Shown here piece by piece: positions 13,994-28,600 of a DNA stretch of 64,000 bases. Position 1 is the stretch's first letter. The number at the start of each line of letters is the position of its first letter. The DNA is from Haliotis rubra. Lineage: Eukaryota. The notes beneath the pieces are model-generated. The model saw only the letters and a list, made by a program, of their open reading frames with translations, was not told where the DNA came from and searched no databases. The DNA lies in NCBI RefSeq assembly GCF_003918875.1, contig NW_025767357.1, forward strand, positions 186,001-250,000, read 5' to 3'. Made by a program: the position numbers and the translations under genes.

Positions 13994-16639
13994 ATTACAC
14001 AGGTGTGTATCCCCCGTATTGTCCAGAGGTGCGAGTCAATACAATATTGATACAGGTATAGGCTTCCTGAAGAGTGAGCTTTGTTGGAATCTGGGTGTCT
14101 TCACTTTGAGTATCCGCTTACGATCATTCAAATGTTCACGACTTCTGTGTTGGGACAAAACTACAACATATTTGATGACGTATTGGCACCATGAGGTATC
14201 GGTGATCTGTGCTTATCTCACCACAGAAATGTTAGACTGTTCTTTCTTAAGACTAAAGAAAACAAACTTTTTCTCCTTTTCAAATTGTACACACTTGTCG
14301 TGCAACAAGTGTTAAAAGCGAGTGCTTATTGATGGTTCATCTTTCTTGATTTAGATCGTACGTTGTTGTTCTTTTGGAACTGGCGAAGATATGACTGTTG
14401 ACGTAATCAGACACACAGTTCTTATGTTGACTATATTTATAACCAAGCGTTTCTTCGTCCGTGAAGCATCCGCGTAATAAAGATAGAACGTAAATATTTA
14501 CAGTTCCCGATTGAAGTTCTTTAAGCACTGTCAAATGTCGTTGATGGACGTGAAGCCGAGAATGTATTTCCAGTCATGCCTGCACCACGGGTAGAAACCT
14601 TCTACCTTGCCTACAAATATGATTACGTGTATAAGCCAGATATCCATAATTAATTGTTTTCTTCATTAACTGGCCTCAACGACATGGCTGCCCACTGTCG
14701 GCGATGATGATACGCCGCCTTTGGCTGGTATCATGCTAATTAAACTCATGATAAGACGATTACCTCCCCTGGGATTCACCGTGACGTCGTAGAGTCGTGC
14801 ACGGTGTTGAAGACGTCGCGAAGCAGCGGGGTTTCCATGCGAGTATGGCACAAGGATATTGTTTCTGTCCCTGCATATTTATGACCCTGCTTACTCTGTG
14901 ATCATAACGGCACGATAATGCTCAGTAAGGGCGACAGGCTGCTGATAAGGGTCGCCCTTGATCAGCACATGCCGATACTGATCTGGTCCTCTGCTTGCAG
15001 TTGCGTGAACTGTCCACATAAAATATTCATAATCTAGGGCACTGTCAGTATAAACCAAATTAGATACACCTCAAAGGTAAGAATAACGAGTCCGCATAGG
15101 TAATCACTCTCCGGGGTGTACGTCTTGCAAGGTTGTGTTAGCTTCTAGAGGTCGACAGAAGCTCATTCGGACCAAATGCGTAAGTGTATAAGTAGGTCGA
15201 TTATAACGAGCTTGCGACACGAATGGTCATTCTGCCTAGGGTGTAAAACTTTGTGATCATGGTCTCGGAGTCATGATGTCTCGATCATAATCATACAGTT
15301 CCATTATCATATTCTCTCTCATGATTCCTCTCGATATCAGCATGCAAACGGTTCAGCAAGATGGTCCATCGGTGACATTTGTCATTATAGTTGGTGGACG
15401 TTCATTTTGTCACGGATTACTGAAGTTATATAAAGGCAGGAAGATCCATGTTAAACCTTGCCTACAGCAAATAATGATTCTCGAATGAGGCGACTATCGG
15501 GTGGCCAGACACCTAATTTGATCGATGCATGTCATAGCGTGCCAGTTTCGTAGGCACATGCTCAGGTTATCAATCATTGGATTGTTTTGACGTACAGACC
15601 GCCTTCATATAGTTGAAATATTGTTGTTTAACAACAACAACAAAATTACAATTATCTGGAACCGATTCTGGAATTCTGTTCAAAGTGGTCTCAAATCGGA
15701 CTCACAACACGAAAGACCAGGGTTCCCAAATGAAACTATTCTTTGAAATAAACGAGTCACCCGTAGCCCATATGACCAACGTTTTAAATGTACTTTAATC
15801 ATTTGGCCTCCAAATATACATTTGTTACACAGATCATGAAATATAAGCCCATTAGGGATACTATAAACATATATGATAAATGCATGTAAATATGGCCATC
15901 GCTCTCATACATTTATAACATGTTAAATAATTGTTTCTGTCAAATGTTTGTTCATTGATATGATACAAGTTTATATGCCCTTGACATCGTTTATGACCAG
16001 CTTCAAATTAATCCTTCTATTGTGTTCTCCTAAAGGCTCGGTAATGGATAGATGAATAATTACCATACTACTGAAATTAGCATTCATATCAATGGTTGCG
16101 TAATATAACCTCATCATATTGTCAGCAATGGCTCTTTAGCGTTCAGCAGCTACGTCAGTGACGTAATGAGGTAATTAGTAACATATGGCAGATGTTCAAC
16201 TTTATCACTGGTGTTTCAAGTTTCTCATATATTTGTAAACCCAGACTGCATCAACGCACTCCATTGAAATTATAGCAGGTTTTGACTTAACAAAGTTTTA
16301 TAGAGAGTAGAGTAATATAAGTATTTGATTTGCTTATATCCATTGGGGTTCTATTTAAATAATCTAATGACTTTACAGTTGCATCATGAGCAAATATGAT
16401 TGATCTAATGAAATTATTCATATGCATCTTTACATTAACATACAAATATTCAAGCTCCGACATCCGAGTCCCCCAGAATATTAAATAGCCAATTTCAAAA
16501 TATAATTATTGTTGCCAATTTAAACTAAAGCGGGCAATTCGTTTTCTTATTTTGTGTTTGTGTGTTCACTTTCTGTTGGAATTGAATAAGTCCTCAGTAA
16601 GATGTAGGCTGTATAACAGGTTATGTACTTGGTAAATGC

Positions 16640-17631
16640 TGTGAGCTAACTGGTATGAGCATGAATTTAAAGAAAACTAAGATTATTGTGTTTAGAAATG
16701 GTGGTCCCTTGCGCTCATATGAAAATTGGTTTTATAATGGTAATGTTATTGACACTGTTTCATTTTGCAAGTACCTTGGGATTATGTTCACTCCTAAATT
16801 ATCCTGGAGTAAAGCTACACCTTGTCTTGCATCACAAGCTAATAAGGCAATATTCTCTGTTAAAAAATTCCAAAGGAAACTCGGCAGCATTAATTGTACA
16901 GATTTATTTAGATTTTTTATTGTATGATATCACCCATCCTATGTTATGGTTCTGAAATATGGGGCACATCCTAGTGAAATACTTTTGAATCTGTCCATAT
17001 TAAATTATGTAAATATGTTTTGAAACTTGAAAAATCCACCTGTAACAATATGGTCTTGGGTAGATGAGGAAGGGTGCCTTTACAGTTTATTTATACAACC
17101 AATGCTGTGAAATACTGGTGTAGACTTCTAAACTTTCCTGACTATAGATTACCAAAACAATGTTATTTTATGTTATTATCTTTAGACAGGATGGGACGAA
17201 AAAATATTCTTTTTCAATTTGGTTTAGGATTTGTTTGGACAAGCTAGCAAATTGGTGATCACAAAATATTTATTGAATCATTTAAACATAGATTACATGA
17301 TGATTTATTCCAATCTTGGCAATCATCTTTGGATATCAGCCATAAATGTGTTTACTATAAGCAATTCGGATCTTTATTAAATGTAGAGAGCTACTTGATA
17401 AATAATGATATCCCTCAATATTTAAAAATTATATGTGCCCGATTTCGGTGTTGTAATTTTAAACTAGCAGTTGAAACTAGTAGATACATTATTGTTGTAT
17501 ATAATGAAAGGCATTGCCTGTTTTGCAAATTAAATGGTATCTTCGTTGTTGAAGATGAATGGCATCTGTTCTGTTCTGTTGTGTTCAATAGGTTATGTGA
17601 TGTCCACAATGTATATGTGTGCAAACGTTAG
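16640..17631 (+). mobile_element. Decayed, 5'-truncated non-LTR retrotransposon (LINE) ORF2 C-terminal fragment
   Basis: NLKKTKIIVF..KYLGIMFTPKLSW (RT C-terminal motifs), later LCYGSEIWG and CLFC..VEDEWHLFC zinc-knuckle-like end; multiple stops and frameshifts. Confidence 0.85.
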
Positions 17632-20600
17632 TCCTTACTTTCACCTCAACATCATGATATATCTGTAATTTTCATTCTATGATTTTCTCGAGTTCCTGCA
17701 GAATAACAGCTTTCTGACATTTAGAAGCCTGAACATCGTTTGGGTTTTGGAAAGAAGGAGTTTTCCTTAGAAGTGAATTTGTTAGATGCACAAAAGTAAT
17801 GTTTCAATCTGTTTCTCCAGCCAGATCACAATTAGTTGGGTGCAATTGTGTTTCCCCAATTCACCTACAAACTTCACGTCAAAATAGTTATGCGAATGTA
17901 TTTAGCCCTACCGACTAAGCCCATATTTTATTATTCATGTTTTTATCTACTTTTCAAGTTCATGTCGCATATAGACTGACATTCCAGTATATTCTTGCAT
18001 CACTCATCACAGAAAATGACTCATTCACCAAACATGAATTAATGTTTTGCTTACTGTAGCGTACGGACAGGGTCCTAGGCAATGTTTGGTTATTCCAAAC
18101 TGGGAGTTAGTGATTAGGTGTCTCACTCTGAGAATTTGGGTTTGATTCCCTGGTGCGACTGAACCCCAATAATAAATTATGTACTGTACTGAGGAAGTAT
18201 AACACCAATTATAGCATAAACTGTCACATCACTTTCAGAAATGTTTTGTGTATTGATCACTTTAAAACTGTTACACAACGTCGCCATTTCTCATGTGACT
18301 TGTGCTTGATTTCATTGCACTTTGATTAGATTCCCCAAGACTCTGCTTGAATTCATGTTTGATCTAATGATGATCACAACAGTAGATCTGCTTGAAAAGT
18401 GTGTGCCTCTTATTGACGCTCGAAAGGGACGAGACAAGGGAGAAAGGTTTCCATGAACATGTTTATGTTAAAAACACGTTGAGACTTTGGGATGCTGATA
18501 ACCTGACATGTATTATTTAGTTAAACCATGCTAAGCCTATGTGCATGTTCCTCTTAGGATTTACAAAAATAAATCTGTGTAACAATTTAGGACATTTTCA
18601 CTGAGGATGAATGTAGTTATGAACAATTCAAATTGACACATATATTGGAGCAAAGTGCAACGCATTTTCATAGAACGTAATACATTTCAAGATGACTAGA
18701 ATAATTAAAAGTTTAATTTGAATCTGAAGGGTATCATGTTCACATGATAATACCCTATCATATTCACGAATGTACATGATTCTGTTCATGTAAGAACAAA
18801 CTGTAGCGATCCCCCCTGGAAAATGTCAGCTTCTATCACTGTCCGATAATTAAAACGCACTTTGATGACTAAAAATGTTGAAATCCCAAACGTATTCGAA
18901 ATTGTCTGGACTGAAAACGTCAAAGCACATTGATACAATATTCCGATAATCAAGACCACTTTATGTCTGCACTTGTTTAGGTTGGGCAATCTTATCAAAT
19001 ACGAATGAATATGTGATTGATTGCACAAAGCTAACAACACAGTGATCGACATATTTCTTCACGCAAAAGGTACGTTTTGATATATATAACGATTGTTACT
19101 CCTGTGCACCTGTTTGAAAAGTACGAGCCTCTTACAGATACCCGAGAGGGATAACTGAGTATTGACTCTATTAACTACATTCCACAGTTTCCACTTTTTA
19201 TGTTCAAAACACGTTGAGAGCCTGGCATGTGTCATAACGCGTTAAATCATACTAAGCCTGTCTCCGTTTGGAATTTTCAAAAAATTGAAAGCACCTGATT
19301 TACACTTTAACACATTTTCACAGAGAATAAAAGTAGTTTTGTCTTATCTTCAGGCCCATTAACAATTCAGATAGCTTGGACTAAAGTACAATGTTTGTAT
19401 GTAATGCAATGCAATGTAATGTAATGTAATGTAATATATTTCCAACAATTCAGTGTGACAGGAAATATTTGAACAGAGTACAATGTCTGTATATAATGCT
19501 GTGTAATATAATACATTTCCAGTGACCGGAATATTACATGGTTTGAATTAGAGCTGAAGGTTGTTATATTTAAATGATCGATTCTGTTGATGCATGCACA
19601 TGCAGAAGGCAATAACATGTGTACACACTAGGAAGGGGGATTGTTATCAGCCGTTCAACATTTTAGTTGCCTAGCAACAAGCATGTATCATCATTATTTC
19701 ATATTGATTCATACATACATGCTCAACCGTGATTTCGTATTATTGTGGAAAATCGTTATTAGTCAACATTGTGACAATTTTGATTGTAAAACTTTTAATA
19801 TTAATGTCATTGCGGATAAAAATGACAAAAGGATATTTTCCAATTAAGTATGTTAATACATTTGACATAGGAATACAATCGATAACAGAGACCTGTCTAG
19901 TAAACAGTGACCACGAAATGAGTGAACGAGTTTTACGCCGCTTTTAGCAATATTCAAGCAATTTCACGTCTACGGCGTAACGAGCGAACGCTTTAACCAG
20001 TAGGATACCCTACCACCCCACAGTAACCACGGACGAAACAGTGACCTCTGATGGAAAACAAGACTGGAGATGTTTCATATTATAGCAGCTAATCAATACC
20101 CTCGCTGTGATTAGGTTTCAATGTTTAATGTGGTGTTCCAGCCCAAGAGGCCGTGTTCAATCGGGAAAGTCATTTGCATGAACTTTGAGATACATAACCG
20201 GAATTATTGCCAGGCTCCGGACCATAAAACGAACCTCCCACGATGTAATGATTAAGCTAAGACTACAACAGACAGAATGATTGACATGATAACGCTGATT
20301 AAAAGAACACTTTAATGCAGTAGCATTCCCTTAGGGTGGTAGTTTGATCAGGGAGACTTCTTTGACATAGTCTACAGGATAATTTGTAGCATCACTGAGT
20401 TTTTTAAACCTACCAGACGCAAGGAGGCGACCAACGGGATCGGGTAGTCAGGCTTGCTGACTTGGTTGACACATGCCATCGTATCCCAATTGCCTAGATC
20501 GATGCTCATGATGTTGATCGCTCGGATATGTGGTCCAGATTCGATTAATTACAGGCTGCCGCCTTATGGCTGGAATATTGCTGAGTGCGGCGTTAAGCAA

Positions 20601-21198
20601 CCAAACAAACAAACAAACATCTCCAACTAAGAGCAACATCTTCCACCCGAGATGCATCCACATTCCGTGCCTTTACTGGGAACATTCATTACTCATTGTG
20701 TTTTAAAACGTTGCGCTAATTACATTCACTTGAGCAGTGACAACCATTGTGATCTTCTGTCCATGAAGGGGCGTCGGGGTAGCGTAGTGGTTAAAGCGTT
20801 GGCTCGTCACGCCGAAGATTCGATTCCCCACATGGGCACAATGTGTGAAGCCCATTTCTGGTGTCCCCCGCCGTGATATTGCTGGAAGATGGCTAAAAGC
20901 GGCGTAAAACCAAACTCAGTCAGTCAGTCAGTCAGGTCTGTCCATGAAACACTGTTTCTGAAGGATTGTAAGCGTTTGTTCAGTTATATACACACACTTT
21001 GACTTCCGTATACATGTGCACAATGGGGATGTTCATATATCAAGTGAGATTTGATTGTGATTAGGTCTAGCGTTCAGAAACAACGCCAGAGTATTGCAAA
21101 TGTATAGCTCCACAATAGCAATACTCAAAACCTATTCATTACTTACCTTGTTTTCGGTAGTATATTAAACAGCTTTAGTATTAGTGCCATTACGACAT

Positions 21199-21311
21199 CA
21201 GGTCCTAGATTTTCGAAGCTCTCTTAGTGCTAAGATAGTCCTGAGTGCCATACATTAACATTAACTTACGACTATCTTAGCGGTAAGAGAGCTTCAAAAA
21301 TCTAGGCCCTG
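21199..21311. mobile_element. ~112-bp palindromic MITE
   Basis: CAGGTCCTAGATTTTCGAAGCTCTCTTAG...TAAGAGAGCTTCAAAAATCTAGGCCCTG. Confidence 0.7.
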
Positions 21312-22677
21312 GAATGTCTTTAAATGTTTCATTACACAGATCATCTGAACATGGAGTTTATTCTATTTTACATATTACATACATTACTCATGGAAGGAGA
21401 AGGGACTGTATACTTACCTCCGAGTTTTGTGATCAGGTTATGCAAAGGAGTTCGAAGATCTATTGTTTTCAGGACTAACAACGGCAAATATTCAAGCAAA
21501 ATCTTGAAGAACTTATTTGTCGGTGAATGAATTTTCACAAGGTAAGTTAATAGTGTGTGTATTTCTCTCCCGAACTTTGACAAAGCAGCGGCAACTACTG
21601 ATTCGATGAATAGTCAACATGTTACAATAACTGTCTATGTGATAAACCATCTGTATATATGCATGGATATCAAACATTGTCAAACACACCTCTGAGTGAA
21701 TAGGATTGTTTAATTTGGTGTTTACCAATTCCCTGACTTAGAGGTAGTGGTGTTCCATGGTGTGTCAGAGGGATTATATCTATCATAAATACTACATAGA
21801 CCTGGAACATTATCATAAAAGAATTAGCAAACATTCTTACACATAAAGAATCTTACCTTTGTGTCTCAATGGGTCTTTTGACATCAATAATATCAAAACG
21901 AGTTAACAAAAATAGTTTTTATTCGCCATCCATTATTTGTAAACAGTGATAAGCAATGTCTACATTGTAACATCTTAAGCTGACCGGCATCAGTGGCAAA
22001 GATGTCATTTGATTGTGTCTTTGATATCAAATATGTCAAAACGTCATGGTAACCGATAATGCCACAATGTTCTGCAAGGCATTGCAATGACCTTTCCGAG
22101 TAGGCACATCTCCACTCTCCAGTCTTGGATAACAAAATATTACATACCAGTTAATATCGTTATGACAATATCGAATATAGTAACTCTCCTTGTCCGTCAA
22201 AGAAATTGAAAATAACGAAATAGCGGATTTTCCTAACCATATCCCAGGTGACTGCAAATCAACACCTCTGTAAACCGTACAACTAAGGACACGTGGAGTT
22301 TGTTATATATGGGGACTTTTAAAATCGAACAAGCATTTTCATGAATCAATCTTAAAATCAAGTTTCACAATAACGATTTACCAATCACAAGTTTCATAAA
22401 AGCGCCATGTCTGCAATCTTTACCGCAATGTTAAATTCAACTTAAATGAGTGAGTGAGTGAGTGAGTTTAGTTTTACGCAATATTCCAGCTGTATCACGG
22501 CGGGAGACACCAGAAATGGGGTTCACACATTGTACCCATGTGGGGAATCGAACCCGGGGGCGGACGCTTTAACTATGAGGCTACCCCATGGCCCCTCAAA
22601 TTTAACGACCAATGGCGCTGGTTGTAACACCGTATCATGTGCCATTTGATTCCAACAATATAGTTAAGGTATCATTG

Positions 22678-25600
22678 TTACGATACTTTAGACGGCTCTG
22701 AGTTTACTTTGTTTGGATCCATTTCACGAACAAACTTGCGATACCTCCACCTTCTCTCAAGTAGACCTGCATAAAATATGACAGAACATAAACTTAGAAC
22801 AGTTGCCATGACAAAACTCCACCTGAAGCATCCCTGTCCGTAGCAGTTCGTTTGTCCTTTGATAGGTATGGCGTTATCATAGATGGCACCGAACACTTTC
22901 TGAAGCAGCACTCCTCCGGCAGCATTCCCAATCATCATTGCACCCCAGTTCCTACCAAAATACTTAATTCCAAAGAATTCACTGGTCATGGTAGGTGTGA
23001 GACACCACGTCGCACCGTTAGGGATCCCTACTCCCAGAACCGCTATAAACAGAATAGGAAGACTATTGGCACTGTAAATACAGATGGCCAGAACCACAGT
23101 CTGGACAGCGGTCGCTGTTAAGATGACCAGTGCTCGTGGAACTTTATGCACAATCAGATCAGATCCGAACCCGAAGCTGATTTTGGCTATGGTTCCAGCG
23201 ACAAAATTCAGAGTTGTTAATACTGTGCTGTACCCTTCCATATGGAAGGATTTTAGGTAAGTTGTAATGTTTGTTTGAAACATCAGTTGAAGACATGCGC
23301 ACATCCAGAAGGACCAGGTCAGGAAATGAAAGTCGAAGTTGAACAGGAGCTTTCTTCCTGTTATATCTTGAGATATTTCCGGGTTGACTTTCTGAGGTTT
23401 CAGTTCATCAGGAATCTCCTCGCTGGATACCAGGGACTTTTTCTCCTCATCTTCAGGCAGGATGCGTGTGATGAGAAAGAAGATACCTAAAACATTAGCA
23501 GCAACGAAGAGCAACGCGTTGAGGAGGTAAAACCCAGACAGGTTTTGTTTATCCTCGTCATTGTGATCGTGGCCGTTGACGAAGAGCGTGCCGTAGATGA
23601 GCGCCACCAGGGCAGGTCCGCCGCTGAAGGAGGCGTCCAGGACACCGATGATTTTGCCTCGGTGTTTGGGACGGAAGTTGTTCACGTTGGCCATCATGGA
23701 CACCATGTAGGTAAAGATGGCTCCCAGACCTATCGGTGGACAGAAAACAAAGTTGTCATATTATTGGGTTTTTTTGTTGCTGTTTATCTATGCAATTGGG
23801 ATACGATGAGTTTACTTTGTTTGGATCCATTTCACGAACAAACTTGCGATACCTCCACCTTCTCTCAAGTAGACCTGCATAAAATATGACAGAACATAAA
23901 CTTAGAACAGTTGCCATGACAAAACTCCACCTGAAGCATCCCTGTCCGTAGCAGTTCGTTTGTCCTTTGATAGGTACTGTAGGTACAGATGGCTCCCAGA
24001 CCTATCGGTGGACAGAAAACAAAGTTGTCATATTATTGGTTTTTTTTGTTGCTGTTTATCTATGCAATTGGGATACGATGTCAACTAAATCAGCGAGTCT
24101 GACCACTCGATCCCGTTAGTCGCCTCTCTCGACCAGCATTGATTGCTGATCTTCACGGTTTGTCATATTAATGAATGAATCAGACAATATTCAGCTGAAC
24201 CATTTTTGTTTGTTTTTCTGTGTGTTGTTTTACGCCGCAAAATTCCAGCTGTTAATTATCGGTCCGAGTGATAGGCATTACCACCATCGAAACATGAAAT
24301 TAGGATACGATGACATGCAGTCAACCAAGTTCCGTTCACCGACCTCTTCCATAGGCAGCTGGGGTCGATGTCCTCACACGGTATCACAACGGGTGTCAGC
24401 TATATCAAACCTGCCTTTTAATGTACATCTCATCCACGACGAACAAGGGGCTCTCGCGACCTATCTCAAGCTGACTCCACACAGGATCAGAGGTATGTAA
24501 CAGTTATGTAAACTATGCACATGTATGCGTTTTGGTCAGCATATTACTATATGACAGCAGTTTGAAAACATGCCTTTATCGGGCAGTCCAGTGAATGATG
24601 TGATGAACAGCGATCCACATTAGACAGGTTACGGAGATACGTGATCTACCAAGTCCCATAGTACATCGATGCTCTTGATGTTATCAACTGGATTGTCTCA
24701 TCCAGATTGGATTATTCATCGAGCACCGTCATATAGCTGNNNNNNNNNNNNNNNNNNNNNNNNNNNNNNNNNNNNNNNNNNNNNNNNNNNNNNNNNNNNN
24801 NNNNNNNNNNNNNNNNNNNNNNNNNNNNNNNNNNNNNNNNNNNNNNNNNNNNNNNNNNNNNNNNNNNNNNNNNNNNNNNNNNNNNNNNNNNNNNNNNNNN
24901 NNNNNNNNNNNNNNNNNNNNNNNNNNNNNNNNNNNNNNNNNNNNNNNNNNNNNNNNNNNNNNNNNNNNNNNNNNNNNNNNNNNNNNNNNNNNNNNNNNNN
25001 NNNNNNNNNNNNNNNNNNNNNNNNNNNNNNNNNNNNNNNNNNNNNNNNNNNNNNNNNNNNNNNNNNNNNNNNNNNNNNNNNNNNNNNNNNNNNNNNNNNN
25101 NNNNNNNNNNNNNNNNNNNNNNNNNNNNNNNNNNNNNNNNNNNNNNNNNNNNNNNNNNNNNNNNNNNNNNNNNNNNNNNNNNNNNNNNNNNNNNNNNNNN
25201 NNNNNNNNNNNNNNNNNNNNNNNNNNNNNNNNNNNNNNNNNNNNNNNNNNNNNNNNNNNNNNNNNNNNNNNNNNNNNNNNNNNNNNNNNNNNNNNNNNNN
25301 NNNNNNNNNNNNNNNNNNNNNNNNNNNNNNNNNNNNNNNNNNNNNNNNNNNNNNNNNNNNNNNNNNNNNNNNNNNNNNNNNNNNNNNNNNNNNNNNNNNN
25401 NNNNNNNNNNNNNNNNNNNNNNNNNNNNNNNNNNNNNNNNNNNNNNNNNNNNNNNNNNNNNNNNNNNNNNNNNNNNNNNNNNNNNNNNNNNNNNNNNNNN
25501 NNNNNNNNNNNNNNNNNNNNNNNNNNNNNNNNNNNNNNNNNNNNNNNNNNNNNNNNNNNNNNNNGCTGCTGCTACTACTGCTACTGTTGCTACTGCTACT

Positions 25601-28600
25601 ACTGCTGTTGCTATTACTACTACTACTGCTGCTACTGCTACTGCTGCTGCTACTACTACTACTACTGCTACTGTTACGGATGCTGCTACTGCTACCACTG
25701 CTGCTGCTACTACTGCAGCTGCTACTGCTACTACTGCTACTGCTACTGCTACTGCTACGGCTGCTGATACAGCTACCAGTGAAAATCCTGGTTAGAACTG
25801 ATTATCAGCAACCCATACTTGTCGTAAGAGGCGACAAACGGGATCGGGTGGTCAGGCTAGCTGGCTTGGTTTTACACATCATGGTATCCCAAATGCGTAG
25901 ACTGATGCACATGATGTCAATCAGTGGATTGTTTGGTCCTGACTCGATTACTTACAGACGACCGGCCACAACAAATACAAGTAGATACTTCTCCACTAGC
26001 AGTAGTATATACTGTAGACTTACCGAACAACAGAAAATAGATGTACTGCAGGTACGCCTTCCCTGCATAGAACGTCTTCTGCAGTGTGGTGCTGTACAAC
26101 AAGAAGCCACCCAAGGAGGAGATCATGAGGGACGCGAACGCCGTCCGCCGGGCTCCAAGTTTCTCAAACATGATGCCAGCCGGGAAACCCAGGGAGGTTC
26201 CGATATTTCCCATCGAGGCGAGAAGCTCGACTGTAAAATAAGGTCAGCATGCATTACCACTGTGCACTACTAGACGGAAAGGGATTTCTTTACAGCCAAG
26301 GGCGGTGGGGTAGCCTTCGCTAGTCACGCCGAAGACCCGGGTTCGATTCCCTACATGTGTTGTATGTGTGGAGCCCATTTCTGGTGTCCCCCGCCGTGAT
26401 ATTGGTGACACATTGCTAAAAGCGGCGTAAAACCATACTCACTCACTCACTCTATTCATTCATTGAAATTGATATGAAAATGGCAAATTGGGATTATTTT
26501 TCGTCACTGAGACTATGAATTCAAAAGTTTGTGAGAGACTTCCTAAGCAATTGTTGATGTAATTGTTAAGGTGTGAGTGAGTGAGTTTAATTTAACGCCG
26601 CGTTTCGCAATATTCCAGCAATATCACGGCGGGATTGTTTGGGATTGCCTTTCTTGAGTTACCTTTGATTGCCAAGACGTGCTTTGCGGTACCCTATGAT
26701 TGTCTGAGATTGCTTTGGATTGAACCTTGATTAATAGGCCAGTAGAAAATCCCTGTTTTTTTAGTTAACCTAGACATCTGCGATAACAAGCCAATTTGTT
26801 GACAAAAATGATTATCATGATCCTGTGTGTCTGTAATAATAACCCAATCAAAATCAACCTTGGGGAAATATGTTAAATTTCTCATTAAAAATTGTTACTT
26901 GAGCTCCGTGTGTATGTTTGACCTGTATGTAGTTGTTAGGCAACTAGTACCGTTTCCAGTCACAACAAAGATGTCAGCCCCAAGGTGCTACCTCACCACT
27001 CAAGGGCATTTAATGCCAATGTGATTTACAAAGGAAATGTCTTCAACTGAAAGCTGCATTAATTATAAACTGTGTGGACACATTTATTATATTACTGTTG
27101 GAGCCGTTTGAACATAAAACTTGCTTGTTATCGCAAATGTCCGGGTTCTTCGACAATTCTACTGGCCTATAACAATTGTTAGCCTGTGCGTGTGATGGAT
27201 GCCACCAGTGTGACAGGAAACAAGCTCATCACGAGCACTGTCATCAGAATTTGTGACCCATTAACACATGATCAGGACATAGTCGGAATCGTAAAATCGA
27301 CGCTGGTTGTGACGCTTGTATTTGGACGGCATTGGAGCCCTTTGATGTTAGTTGATGCACAAAGTTATAACTAGAATTTAGAAAATCGTCTTGATGATAT
27401 TCCAGTTCCCAGTTTGAAAGTACTGGAATGAATTGGAAGGCCGGTTGTAGAATGTTGACTACTCGTAAATGGAGATTCGAATCCACAACCATAGGTTTCT
27501 GGTGTGCCAGTCCGCCGGACAATGGTGACGCTGATCCTCTTCCTACATAATTATAGCCTTTCATATTTGTCTTAGTCTTAAGAATACCTTATTAAGCAAA
27601 ACAGTATATAGGTCCTGAGTTTGAAAATTGTTCCCTTTTCACATCATTGTAGATAAGGATAGAGCAAAGGTGAAATATGAAGACACCGTCTTTATCACAA
27701 TAGAGGCTCGGTTTCTGTGTAGATTCGTAAAGGTAGCACAGAAATATCGTACGTACAAAACCCGGTTAGAATTAATATTGGTCTTCTGTAACCCATGCCT
27801 GACGGAAGAGGCGACTAACGGGATCGGTTGGTCATGCTTGCTGACTTGGTTGACACATGTCATTGTATCCCATTTGCATAGAGCGATGTTCTTGCTGTTG
27901 ATCACTGGCTTGTCTGGTCCAGACTCCATTACTCCATTACTTACCACCGCCAAATAGGTGAAATATTGCTGAGTGTGGCGTTAAAGAAAAACAAACATAC
28001 AAACGTCGCCTCAATAGCAGTTATTCCGAAGAGAATGCTGATTTTGAGAAAATTATCAACTAAAGATGGTAACATTATATGTCTGGGATACAAAGGCCTA
28101 AACGTGATAACGAATTGGATAGAATTTGGCTGGGGTCTTGCACTGATTAACGAATTGGATAAAATTTAGCTGAAGTCTTGCACTGATTAACGAATGGGAT
28201 AGAATTTGGCTGAGGTCTTGCACTGATTAACGAATTGGATAGAATTTGGCTGAGGTCTTGCACTGATTAACGAATTGGATAGAATTTGGCTGAGGTCTTG
28301 CACTGATTAACGAATTGGATAGAATTTGGCTGAGGTCTTGCACTGATTAACGAATTGGACAGAATTTGGCTGAGGTCTTTCACTGATTAACGAATTGGAT
28401 AGAATTTGGCTAAGGTCTTGCACTGATTAACAAATTGGACAGAATTTGGCTGAGGTCTTGCACTGATTAACGAATTGGACAGTTTTTCTTACTGCATGTT
28501 ATAACCTGACTAAGTGGACAAAAGTTGACAGTTTGTGCTAGAAAATATTCTCTCCGCGTAGTAATTATGTTTCGACGAATGTTTCAATGCCAAAAGCCCC

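Noticed and set aside
18389-19341. Old diverged direct duplication (~18389-18620 vs ~19111-19341)
   Set aside because: No termini, ORF or structure; most likely a decayed repeat.
20768-20933. tRNA genes suggested by A/B boxes (here and in many other copies)
   Set aside because: No complete cloverleaf; each is followed by the SINE body and tail, often with a TSD.
21140-21900. Three strong minus-strand donor-like sites (~21146, ~21417, ~21856)
   Set aside because: No recognisable coding frame; they might be PXYLP1 5' UTR or lncRNA exons, but this cannot be supported without transcripts.
24669-26273. 534-aa and 328-aa ORFs
   Set aside because: Artefacts of the N gap, the (CTA/CTG)n repeat and a SINE; the real coding sequence here is the minus-strand MFS exon 26230-26024.
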